A stretch of DNA of 64,000 nucleotides. It comes from Paragordius varius. Its lineage: Eukaryota; Animalia; Nematomorpha. The stretch lies in the NCBI GenBank assembly GCA_964247055.1, contig OZ176052.1:10788001-10852000 (forward strand). The letters run 5' to 3'. Of the stretch, positions 16,102-28,560 are shown piece by piece (the first letter of the stretch is position 1; every line of letters starts with the position of its first letter). The translations under genes and the position numbers were made by a program. The notes under the pieces were generated by a model. It did no database searches, was not told the origin of the DNA, and was given only the letters and a program-made list of their open reading frames with translations.

Positions 16102-17849
16102 GACCAAATATATATTATATAAGTTAGGTAAAATTTATTGTTTAGGCAATGTGAAGTGTTAAATGACCTTTGAGATAAAAATGGTATATTTTTATAAATT
16201 TTATTATTTCATCCGTAACTATGTATTGCCGAAAATATTAATGCGAACCATCGATAAAATAAAAATATTATCTTAAAAATATCTCAAAAAAAATAAAATT
16301 TAAATAGAATAATAAGTCATTAATGATTTTGCACTGGATTATAATTGGAAAAATTGTCATTCAACAATTGTGTTTTTTAAAAAAAAATAATATCCCAATA
16401 TTACGCTGATAATGGTTAAAAGTTATTTATATATCTTGTTTTGATATTTATCATCAAAAATAAAACCTTTTTATTCACTGGGAAAACGTTTTTATTGATT
16501 GGGAAAATGCTTTATTGACTAGGAAAACGTTTCGATTTTCTGGTAAAGCGTTATTTTGACTGGGAAATGGTATAAATTAAATTAATTGGTTTTTTTAACC
16601 AGGGAAACCATTAAATACTATTTACTCAATTTTATCTTAAAAAATCATACGATTTTATTGGCGTTTTTTATTTAGTGGGTAGTCAAAAAATAGGAATATC
16701 TTGATACATTATAATACTAGTAAATGATATTCTTTAAAAACTAAAGGCCTAAATTGAAATTGATGCTTGTTTAATAATAATAAGCTCAAAAAATAGATAA
16801 ATTTTAGATTAAAATAGTTCAATCTCAACCTATTTCAGGGCCATTATTATTTTACTTTTTACAAAATTTTGGTTTTTTGAATTCCATGGTCAAATTCAAT
16901 TTGATTTTAAATAGAATGGAAAATTAGGACAATCAAACTGTTGAAAGTTTGTGTTTCTTATATTCTTTCTAAATTTTTGCCTCAAGCTATATAAGAATTA
17001 TCAACTCATCTTGGATAATATTTTTTATATTTTTCGGTGCATCAATGTTATGACGTAAAAAATAATCCATTTCAAAAGTGTGCAGTTATTAAGATTGATA
17101 GACCATATAAAATTTATCCAAAATTTTTTGCCTGGCAATAATTTGACAGCATTAAATGAGTGCATGAGCTAAATGATAACCCTTTGCTGTTTTTCTCCTA
17201 ATTATGTAATTAATGCTTCACTTCAATCGTGTTGTGAAGCTGTCCCAATTTTTATTAATAATAAACTGTATAAAAATTAATTTTTACTTAATACATGAGC
17301 ACAATTTTCAATTGTTTTATTTAAAATAACTCTCAAAACATTAGTAAATTTAAAAGATTATTCTTTGCATAAAAAATTACCAATAAAAAGGTGAAAAGGT
17401 CCTAAAGTGTTAAATTTTAACCCAAACAACTTTCAAAACAGGTGATTGTTTAATAGTTTGACCTCTGGTGTAGAAAACCCAGAATGTCATCACGGACCAA
17501 ATAAATAAAATGTACGAATAAAAAAGTAAATAATTAACATCAGAAGCTCACATCATCAGCAATTTTTTATATTTGATATTAAGGTGAGCTTTAGGTTCGA
17601 AAGTTTGGAACTTCCAATTTTGGGCTTTACATATAAAACTCAAAATATGGCTTTTTTACATAGAGGAACAACGTTTGATAACTTGATTTTAACCAGAACC
17701 ATTAAAACAGTAATAATCTATAATTTTGAATATCAGGGCTAAACTAGGCCATAATGTAAGCGTCTACATAAAAAAAATGTAAAAGTTTTTCAACAATTTG
17801 GTGGCATATTTTTAAATTAGACCCAATATCATAGATCAAGTCTACATAA

Positions 17850-18588
17850 ATGGTTTGTAGACCGCATATTTGATTCAATCAGGCAGCGCCATTTTAAAAA
17901 AATGGGCATTTATTAAAAATTCATTATATTTAACACATAAAGACTGTAAAATGCAAGATAGCAATTTTTCTAGTTCCTCACAATTGGATAGAATAATTTA
18001 GAAAAATTGCTTAAGTCATTTTTGGGGGTTATATATCCCAGAGCGATTTATTTAAACATTCCAAAATTTCTGGCATTAGGCCGATACAAAAAATATGCTT
18101 ATAGTTTTTTAGGCGCATTATACAAAAAACATTTTTTGAAAAAATGTAAAATTGTAAAAATTTCTCATGTCAAATGCCCACATTATTTTGTTCATAAATT
18201 TAAATCGTTAATGCAACAGGAAAATAATTGTATATTATAATTTGAAAACGTAAATAATTAACTTTGAAAAGTTCAGGCGCAGAAAATAATTCATATATCT
18301 TAAAAAGCTTTTCGTTTTAATCGTGTTTTAAAGCTGTCACAATTTTAGTCTTTAGAAGTCATAAAACTATAATTATTTTTAAACTATAATAACTTCCAGA
18401 ATTGTAGTTTATTTACGAAAGTGAGTTATGGGATATCAAACTACCCCAAAATGTATACCAAGACAAAAAAAATAATGAAGCACTAAAAAATTATTTTAAA
18501 TGAGAATTTGTCAGCATATTTTTGCGAAATATGCAAAATTTTTCGCGGGCCACAAAAGTCACGGATGACCGCTTGTTGTACACCCCTG
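17850..18588. mobile_element. hAT-type MITE interrupted by a CATTTTGGGG-family MITE (18017-18453)
   Basis: Right end TTGTACACCCCTG. Segments homologous to the 5.1 kb and 15.8 kb copies lie on both sides of an inserted element ending CTACCCCAAAATG|TA. Left boundary approximate. Confidence 0.55.
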
Positions 18589-19035
18589 TTATAGATTAAT
18601 GATACTCAAACCGCGGCTCACGTGGCAAAGGCGGTTAAAATAGCATTTATAGCCTTTTTTATATACGTATTTGGAGTTTAAAGATCTGCAAATAAGTCGA
18701 ACAGCTGCGAAATTTATCGCTATTACATGGTGCACGTCCTTTGGGACAAGATACATTTTTTTCAGCCCTTAAAAATTTTTGGTATATGTCACTAAATGAA
18801 ATATTATGGTCCTACGGCAGAAAACTATCCCACATGATAAAAAGGGTTTAAATTTGCCATCGGAAATTTTAAGGGCTTAATAACAAAATTTGGTTTATAC
18901 GTTTAAATTACTTGTTTATAATGATCAAAAAGATAAATCTTTCTTTAAATCTTTTATTTTTTTTGCAAGTCCATAATTTTGATACTAAATCATATAAACT
19001 GTAATATTATATTAAGAGTTCGAGAAACCTCCCAT

Positions 19036-21271
19036 ATGGAACTTGATTTCTCTGGTAAATCTGCCCTTATTACAGGTGCTGGGCGGGGAATTGGAAAAGA
19101 AATCGCCAAAGCCCTTAGTAAATGTAACGCAACAGTATATGCCTTATCTAAAACAGAATCTAATTTAAAAGATTTGTCCAAAGAGGTATAAATAATAATA
19201 AATTAGGATCCAAAAATTAAAACTATTGTTTGTGACGTGACCAATTGGCAGGATACATCCAGTAAAATTGAAAAAATCAGTCCTGTGCAATTGCTTGTCA
19301 ACAATGCTGGAATAGCAATATTACAACCATTTCTTGAGATTGATAAGAATTCAATTATTACGTTTACTTTTTTTTATATAATTTTGTAAGTCAATTCGAT
19401 GTTAACTTTAATGCCGTTGTCAATGTTAGTCAAGTAAGTCTCCTAAATATTTAGGCTGTGGTTCATCATCTTTTAAGAGATGGTAAAGTTGGCAGAAATT
19501 TAGGTTCCATTGTAAACATATCGTCTCAGGCATCTTTAGTTGCTACACAAAATCATACAATATACAGTGCAACCAAAGGAGCATTGGATGCTTTTACGCG
19601 CTCATTGGCACTTGAACTTGGGCCAAAAGGGGTATTTATCTCAGTGTTATATTGACTATGTATATTTACGCATCTAAAAATTTAGTTTGCATAAATTCAA
19701 CATCTGCTTGGAAAAATATATGTTAACTTTTAGATTCAACACATTCATCTCATTCCAATTCTTGGGGTCTTTGGAGGCTTCACTATTTAAAATCAACAAA
19801 TACTTCTAAAAAATTTGAATTGCAAAATTTTGGTTTTTTATAACATTGATGCACGGAAATATAAAAAAAGATTCATTTAAAAAACGTCATTTTATGGATA
19901 AATCCTAAAGTAAAAAGTTTTTCGACATGTGTCATTAGTATAAAAATGATTTTAAATAAAAAATTCTGTTTGTATCAATGCCATATGAAATTTAATTAAT
20001 AATGTATTTAATTTTAGTGTTAAAATCAAATTTTGTAAAAATGTTGCAAAATAAAAATGGCGTTGGAGTAGTTTGATGTGAAATTTTTTTTAAAACTAAA
20101 TTTTATTTAGATATTTTGACTTATTTATATAAATTTAAATAGGATAGGAGCATGAATTTAAATTAAACCGTTTCTTTTAGTAGTTTTTAAAATTATCAAA
20201 TTATATATGATTCGGGGTCCCTAGATACCACAATTTGAATAAAATTAAAAGGTTAGTATTAACAGTAAGCTTTTATATAATAAGGTCGATTTTGGGTGAG
20301 TTTGATTAATTTAAATGTTAAGTCAACTACTTTTATGGGTGTGCCCTATTAATTGAATTTTGATATCTGAAGAAACTCGTTTCTAAATGTTGATTACAGT
20401 CAAAAATACCTTTTTAAAATTATTGCCATATTATTTCAAGGATAAACGGATTTTTGAACAACTTAAATTTAAAAGAGAGTGTGAAGCTTATATGCCAGAA
20501 AAAATAATTTAAGCATAAATTTTCTCCATATAATGGAAAAATAGATGTAGCTATCTCATAACTCCTTGCCACAAATTATTTTATTTAGCTTGTAAAAGGT
20601 TAAAACTCATTCTATGAAATGTTAAACTTCTATAAAAAACATTTGTTAAAAATGCAATTAATTATGATTTAGTAAATTAATTATTTATATATTCATTTGA
20701 CCCCCAATTTTTTTGCATTGTGAAGTATTACTTACTTTATCTAATAACTTGAGTCCGACTAAACTTAAACGGATTTAAAAATTTGATATACTACCACATA
20801 TCGATTCTGGAATTACAAATTTACATATTAAAAAAGAATCGAAATTTTTAACTTAAATTGTATAAAATTCATCTTTTATTTTGCCTAGATTAGAGTTAAT
20901 TCAGTAAATCCTACTGTAGTTATGACTGATATGGGAAAAGCTAATTGGGATTCTTCTAATCCTTTGACGGAAAAAATGCAAAACAGTATTCCATTAAAAA
21001 GATTTGCTGGTATATTTAGAATGAATATTTATGGTAAATATGGATAAAAAAATTATTCAAAAAATTGAATTTATCGCATCTTAGCCAAATTTACTACTAT
21101 ACATTTTAAATTATGAGAAATAACTTGACATATTTGTAAAACATTATTTTATTTTATGGTTTTTTAGACGTTGAAGAAATAGTAAATGCTGTTTTGTTTT
21201 TGCTCAGTGATAAAGCGAGTATTATAAACGGTGTTAGTTTACCATTAGATGGCGGTTTTACTATCCAATGA
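19036..21271 (+). CDS. DCXR: L-xylulose reductase / dicarbonyl reductase (SDR), 6 exons
   Basis: [77 protein letters not shown], ending [10 protein letters not shown]. Introns 19186-19206, 19362-19390, 19434-19454, 19632-20888, 21010-21167 (21/29/21/1257/158 nt). Confidence 0.96.
19733..20245 (+). mobile_element. Degenerate piggyBac-like MITE inside DCXR intron 4
   Basis: Collinear with the 61976-62510 element (CAACACATTCAT, AAAAATGGCGTTGGAGTAGTTTG, GGGGTCCCTAGATACCACAATTTGAAT). Boundaries approximate. Confidence 0.6.
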
Positions 21272-23176
21272 AATAGCGTTTTAATTTTATTTATATTGAT
21301 ATTTTAATAAATATATCACAAACTATAATTGCATATAAACCATTATTTTTTGTATTTATTTAACAAGCAACAATATATGTTAAATCGAATTCAAATTTGG
21401 TAATTGTTGACATTTGAAAATTGTTCGGTAGATTTTTTTCTTTTATGAAGAATAGTTAAAATATATGCAAAAAGGCGTGGAACCGATGTACAATATGTTT
21501 TACTAAGTTTTGAATCTCAAAACCGCAAAATTTTTCAATCTGTTATTACAATATTATAGACTTTAATAATAGCAAAATAAAATGGTGTAGATTTTATATT
21601 TTTATGGGCCAGCGATAAAATTATACCAAAGTTTTAATTTAATTGTATTGAAGATTTATGTATTTCACAAAAAGTTTTAGATTTTGCCCTATTTCAAGTT
21701 CTACAGTCGATTTAGGTCTCCTAAATTTATTTGGAAATTTTAGCTTTAATTTTATTCAGCGGCCAAATGCTGTAATGATTATACAATTAATATAACGCAG
21801 CGTCCACAAAAAAATAACATGATAAAATATTTATATTCTGATAGGAAAATGTATCAGGATTATCATGGTCTTTTTGTTTTGGCCATTACGAGTGATTTAA
21901 GAATATTTAAAATTTGTGGTAAGTGCTCCATATCAGAAAATGGAAAAATTTGTGCATTTTAAATAAACTTTTGAGGCTTCATTCCAAAAAATACTAATAA
22001 TATATATATGAAAAAACAAAACATCATTTCTAAAAATTTTGAATTTTTAGATGCGGGCTTCAAAAGTACCAATGTTTTTCTTCTCTGTGCTTATCCTCTT
22101 GAAATAAAGGCAAAAATACCAGCATTGCGCAATAAAAATTTGTAATCAATGCTAATTTTGGTATCAAAATATTTTTTTTAAAAAATGCATGCCTTTTTTC
22201 AAAAATTTAATTTTTAACTAAATTTTGTTTAAGCGTATCTCATACTATTTTGAGACATGATGGAAACCTAAAAACGCTCTAAGATATTATAAAAAAACTT
22301 TTTCTTTAAAATTCGATTATGCTAAACATTTCTCTCAAAATTTTGATTGAAATTCGTTTTCAAATTTATGTCAAATATATTGTTTTTTTGCAAAAATTCA
22401 CCAAACTAATTTTGGACGTAGTGTAATCTATAGACATAAAGGACTATAAAAAACATATTTTTAATCGTTTTATGCGATCAACTGCTTAATAGAGAATCAA
22501 TATGCTTTCCAAAAAATCTTAAAATAAATTCAAAGGTGAACCAAATCGATATAATGGTACTCATATTAGTGTCATCCAATTATAAAAATATACAAAGTTT
22601 TCCGGTTTCATTTTTAAATACCATTTAGAAACTTTTTACGAAATTAGGATACTTACAATAACTGTCCGCCGTTCGGTAAAAATATATACAAGTTATATTA
22701 GTAGTTAACCTCCTACTTAATTATATTATGCCAAAATAAAATGTAAATTTTAAATAAAAACCGAATGAAAATCATTCGACCTACTATTTTATTCTCAATA
22801 ATATTTTTAAAGATGAACTATCCTGACTGGTTTTTTAATATGTGGAACCAAAGCTTTATAGAAATTTGACTCGGAAACGAAATCGAAAACGGTCATTTTC
22901 CACAAACTAATTGCGATTTATGAAATCATATGAGTTTATTACAAAAAATAATTTTATGTGATGATTTAGGCATAAATTTGTAGGGTGCTTCCCATATTTT
23001 TTTATATGTTAAAACCCGTTCATGTCAGAGTGCAAAATTTAGGTAGATAATTGCTTAAGTCGAGTTCTAACTCTTGAAAATTAAAATAAATAGTTTATTT
23101 TGTCTTTCCCATGCTATTTCTTTTAAAATTTTTATACATTTACCAAATTCCTTCTTTACATTGTCCAACCATCTTA

Positions 23177-23304
23177 ACATTTCGATTCGAATTGGGGTAT
23201 CTAAATAGCCCAGACTAATAGTATTTTTAAAAAAACTACTGAAGGAACGGTCTTGATTTAAATTTTTGCTTCTATTTAATAAAAATTCTATAAAAAAGTC
23301 AAAA
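23177..23304 (-). mobile_element. Terminal fragment of piggyBac-like MITE, abutted by a Helitron
   Basis: TTAA|CATTTCGATTCGAATTGGGGTATCTAAATAGCCC matches the right end of the family. The Helitron 5' TC begins at 23305. Confidence 0.6.
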
Positions 23305-23745
23305 TCTATATATTTATAAAAATGGAAAATGCTGGCTTTGTGATCTGGTACAGGAAAACCGGTAGACCCAATCAAATCCAAATATCGAAAAAATATAATC
23401 ATTAATGAATGCCCCGACAATAGCTTCGCCCTTTTTTTGAAATAGGCCCCCAGTTCGGGCCCACCCCGTATGAAAAACGGGTTTTTTTTGAAAAACGTGT
23501 TGGACCATTCAATTTCAAATATGATTTTTGTTTACTTATTTTCGATTGCGCCGAACATAGTCGAGTCACTTTTTTGATTTAGGCCCTCTTTTTACCCGCT
23601 CCCCCCGTAAAATTCCATTTTTTTCAAAAAACAAAGTCCACAAAAATGATTTTTTAAATCGATTTTTTGCCCTAGGTATGAGACCGTAAAAATTCAATAA
23701 AGATTCCACGTATTCCCTGTTAAAAGGCAAAAATTTTAGTCTACC
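23305..23745 (+). mobile_element. Helitron 5' portion (3'-truncated copy of the 2.2-kb family)
   Basis: A|TCTATATATTTATAAAAATGGAAAATGCTGGC, followed by sequence collinear with 13660-13940 and with the reverse complement of 27620-28033. Confidence 0.75.
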
Positions 23746-23837
23746 GTTTATTTGATGATAGATGCTGAGTAAGGAGTATCTATCATATGTATAGCATGTT
23801 AAAAGATATATGGATATTAATACATTATTTATGGTAA

Positions 23838-23991
23838 TCTATATATTTATAAAAATGGAAAATGCTGGCTTTGTGATCTGGTACAGGAAAACCGGTAGAC
23901 CCAATCAAATCCAAACTTCGAACCCCCCCTCTCCCCCCCAGAAGTCCGAAGGACTTCCTCGGGCTGCGTAGCAGCACGAGATTCACGCTAG
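23838..23991 (+). mobile_element. 154-bp mini-Helitron
   Basis: A|TCTATATATTT...; hairpins GAAGTCC-GAA-GGACTTC and CTCGGGCTGC-GTA-GCAGCACGAG; ends ATTCACGCTAG|T. Confidence 0.8.
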
Positions 23992-25760
23992 TATCTAAAT
24001 AAATATTGTTTTCATATGGGGTATATAAAATATTTTCATGGTCCAACGCATATATTCCGATAGATTAATGTATAAAGTAATCATGTTGCTTTTATTTTAA
24101 GCTATAGAAACTCATTTTAATTACACTTTTGTGCTAATTGCTCCATATACAACAATCGCAAAGAGCACAGATTAAGCTAAATCAAGCGTTGGTGAAAGTT
24201 GGATGCTTCATTCCAAAAAATATCGTTAAAATATAATAAAAACTCCATTTAAAACGGAAAAATAATTATTATATAATTTTTTAGATATGGGCTCCGAAAG
24301 TCTCATTTCAAAAATGGGCTTCTTTCTTGAAAATAAATGCAAAAATGCCGAGATTGGTGATAAAAAAATTGCAATCTCGAGTCTCACACCAAAAAGTTAT
24401 ATTTAAAAAAATTCATACTTGGCTCAAATGATAAATTTTTAGCAGAATTTTTGAAGCGTATGAATGGTAGCTAGAAACGTTATAAAAAACACAATAATAA
24501 AATAAATACTTTTTATAAGTTTGATGATGCTGAACATTTCTTTCACATCAGATTTTTGGTTAAAAAATTTTTCGTCTTATAAATAAAGTTTTTCGCAAAT
24601 AATCTACTTAAATTTGAATTTCAACACGACCAGAATTTTACCCAAAAATAACCGGCGGGCCGCATATAAATTTTTTTTATTTTCTTTACTACTTATTCCG
24701 TTTTATAGTTATAAAAAATTTAGCTCATATAATTAAATTATGTTTCAGTGTATTGTTATCATGATCTAAAACTGTTTGATTACCATGGATATTCTAAATT
24801 ATATTTCCTCATCAAAAGTGGGGCCTTATCAGTGGTAAGTCTAAGGTGTGATCATATAGTCGAGGTCCACTTTTTGCATTATTGTAAAAAAAACTTCTCC
24901 AAAGATTGTGATTTTTAGTTTTAATGTTGAATTCTGCCATGGTTGCATTAAAAATCGATTTACAAATGCGATCATTTTCCAACTTTTATCTAGGGGTGTG
25001 AAGGTCAACCTTAAAAAATCCGACGAACTGATAATAAACAAAACGCCTTCGAACTCTGGATGTGGAGAAAACTCCTGAAAAATAAAATGGACGGACAAAA
25101 TAACTAACAACACAATTTTAAATAAAATCAATCCCGATATGTCACTGTTTGGAATGTCCATCCGCAGCAGACTATCCTATTGTGGCCACATTCATCTAAT
25201 TCACTGGTAAAATCCTTGATGTTGGCAATCATTTTAATTTTGCCAAAAAGTATCATTTCATTTGCGCTTCATAATAAAAGACCCATAATTTTTGTGGTAT
25301 AAAAGTATTGTACTCATATATAAAATCATTGTTGCGATGTATGTATTCTGCACTTTCCTTAAGGAAGGTGTTATATAGTTATTTTTTTGCTTACGACGGC
25401 AATTTTTTTTTGTGAGGATAAATCGTATAAAATAAACTGCTTTTGGTTGGCATATGCTAATTTTATTCTAAATTTATCAAACAAATTTTTAATTAAAAAC
25501 ATTTTACTCTATTATTTCAACCTTGTCTAAAAAGTTTTTGTTGCTCATTTTCAAAAAGACAATTTTTATGCAATTTTTATTGATCGCTATGGTGTTAAAA
25601 ATGAATGATTCTTTTATTTTATATTATAACCCAAATAACATAAAATTAAATGAAATCCGAAAAAATATAAAACATTTTTAACAAGAGTTATGTCTAAATT
25701 GATTTTATGGTGGCGAAAATTGAGCGATGCATTTAAAAAGAAACAATTTTTATTAAATTA

Positions 25761-28033
25761 CTAGCTGGCCCTGTCACGCTTCGCGGTGACGTAGTCTCAC
25801 CGATAATTATTCTTAATTATTTGCAATAAAAAAATAATAAAAAACATATTTAATTAAAAGAATGTCTTTACTTATTCTTTTACGGTTGCATAGGCTCAAA
25901 TTTGTTTACTCGAAATTGACCATATTTAAACTGCCCCTTATTAATATTATTAACTATGAATGGATTTATTTTAAGATTTTCGTTTTACAAAATCATGGTT
26001 AAAATTATTTTGAAATTGTGTTCACACAGCTGGGATCAAGGGATATAAAAAGTAAATTATTTGTGGTTCCTTTTTAAAGGAAAGAAGGATATTATACAAA
26101 TTCCCCAGAAATGTATTTAACTGAACTCGTATGACTTCTTAGTTTTTTGAAAATTAGCTCCAAAACCACGCCATTTTTGTATGGCGTCTCAAATTTAAAC
26201 CGCTAGACCCCTACCCATAGAACTATATGGAAAAAGCGCTGAGTCAAATTCTTTGCCTTTGTAGGACAAATATTTGGAATCATCTTTGATACCATCGTCT
26301 CATGGGTTAAACTAAATAATCGTTATATGATGTATTTTTAGGGCATAAAGGCCCCTAATTAACGGGAAAAAACGCCTGACCCTTTTCACCAAGTTACCGT
26401 TAATATTTCAAGCTTTTAATGAGGTCATATGGCTTCATAAATTTTCTGTAAACTAGCTCCAAAACAATGAGATTTCTATATAGTGCCGCAGTTTTTGGGG
26501 GGTAGCTTCTAACCCAGGGGCAGGTATAAAAAAAGCGTTGGGCAAAATCTTTGCCTTTATATGGGGAATATCTGGTATCATGGATTCCATATGTTTCTAT
26601 TAGTCTCTTAGGTTTTTATATAATGGCTCCAAAGGCATGCTGTATCGATATGGTGACGCAGTTTTACGCGGGTAGCCCCCTAATCAGGGGTGAAACAAAA
26701 AAACGCTCAATTAAATTTTTGCCTTAATTCGGGTAATACCTGGAATCATGATTGATTTCATATGCTCCGTGGGATTTTCGAAAATTTGCATTAAAACCGA
26801 AAAATCATTCTATGGTGGCGCATTTTTCAGGGCAACGGCCTATTTAAGGGATAATATAATAAAACCGCTCTATTTGAATTTTTGCTTTTTTACGGATAAT
26901 ATTTCAAGCCCATATTTAACTCATATGGCCTGATAAGTTTTCTAAAATTTTCCTCCAAAGTCAGGATGTATCAAAATGGTGGTGCATGTTGGCGGGTAGC
27001 CCCCTATTCAGAGGCCAATGAAAAAAAGACGTTTAAAAAATTTTGCCTTTATAGAGGAATACCTGGAATCATCATTCATTCCATATGTTCTTAATAGTTT
27101 TTGTAAGAATACCTTCAAAACTAAATATTAGTTCAATGATATCGCATCTCTTAGGGCGTACAGGGCCTAACTAACTTCTAATTTACAAAAAACCATTCGA
27201 CTTGAATTTTTGCGTTTTTACGGGTATTATTTGAGGCCCTTATTACACTTATATGGCCTAATAAGTTTTTGGAAATTAACTTCTAAACAACGCAATTTCG
27301 ATATGGTGGCGCAGTTTAGGCGGGTAGCTCCCTACCCAGAGGCTGATACAAAAAAAGCGCTCAATAAGATTTTTGATATCTCATTAGTTTTTGAAAAAAA
27401 TGTCTCAACTAAAAAATCATTCTATGGTGGCGTTTCAGGGCGTGAATAACTGCTAATTTTAAAAAACCGCACGACCTAAATTTTTGCATGTTAAGGGTAA
27501 TATTTTAAGCACCTATTGAACTCATATGGTCTGATAGGCTTTCTGAAATTTACTCCAAAAGGCACGCTACGATATAACGGGGCAGATTTTAGCGGGTATC
27601 TCCCTACCCAGCAGCCATATAAAAAACGCACGACTAAATTTTTGCCTTTAAACGGGGAATACATGGAATCCTCATTGAATTACGGTCATATACCCTGGGC
27701 CAAATAGAATAAAAATTCTTTGTGGACTTTATTTTTTAAAAAAATGGCATTTTACGGAAAGAGGTAAAAAGAGGGCCTAAATTAAAAAACCGAGCCGACT
27801 ATGTTCGGCGCATCGAAAATAAGTAAAAAAAAAATTATTAAAATTGAATGGTCCAACACGTTTTCCGGAAAATTGTCTCAAAGACACGATTTTTGTGGAC
27901 TGGTGTTTTCAAAAAAACCCGTTTTTACACGGGGTGGACCCGAACTGTTTCGCTATTTGGATTTGAATGAGTCTACCGGTTTTCCGGAAACAGATCACAA
28001 AGCCACCACTTTCCATTTTTATAAATATATAGA
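25761..28033 (-). mobile_element. Non-autonomous Helitron, inverted sister of 13643-15800
   Basis: On the plus strand it begins A|CTAGCTGGCCCTGTCACGCTTCGCGGTGA and ends ATAAATATATAGA|T. It has the same 160-bp array in reverse complement. Confidence 0.85.
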
Positions 28034-28260
28034 TTACCTTTTAGGGTAGTTTTATATCACGGAGCGATTTCGAATTCGATACCGTTAAAAAGCTTTTGAA
28101 ATATTTGGTTAAATTTAAAAATATCCAGTCTTAATCTCTCTGGTCGCATGATTTAAATTTTTTAAATAAAAACGTAAGAATCAAAAATTATCTAATGTGC
28201 CGCCATTATTTTTCTTTTTTTGAAATGGCTTCAGCAGTTAAATAAATATATTTTTATTAA

Positions 28261-28560
28261 CACTTCGATTCATTTTGGAGCATCTAAATACCCCAAACTA
28301 AATTAAAGTAAAAATTTAAAAAAATACTACTGAAGGAAACAGTCATAATTTAAATTTTGGCTTCTATCCTAATAAAAATTATATAAATAAGTTAAAATAT
28401 TTTAATAAATTTCGTTTTGAATAAAAGTTCCATGTCAAACTACTTCGATGCCATTTTTTTGCAAAGTTTTTGCAAAAAATCGTGTTCATTTATTTTTCAA
28501 GGTATAATTAAAGCTAATTTTTATTTAAATTACATCACCTTATAATGATTTCAAAAACAT
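28261..28560 (-). mobile_element. Partial piggyBac-like MITE
   Basis: TTAA|CACTTCGATTCATTTTGGAGCATCTAAATACCCC terminus, plus the reverse complement of AAAAATGGCGTCGAAGTAGTTTG at ~28436. Inner boundary approximate. Confidence 0.6.

Larger units (their letters stand above)
13156..16570. repeat. Long inverted repeat / foldback element with ~410-bp arms (13156-13562 and 16169-16570)
   Basis: The arms are reverse complements along their length (e.g. CCATTATCAGCGTAATATTGGGATATT / AATATCCCAATATTACGCTGATAATGG). Outer parts carry ~19-20-bp tandem units TTTTCCCAGTCAATAAAAAC. Confidence 0.85.

Noticed and set aside
16850-17260. Exons joined by a 19-nt intron on the minus strand
   Set aside because: The upstream frame is blocked by stops with no acceptor, so it is unsupported.
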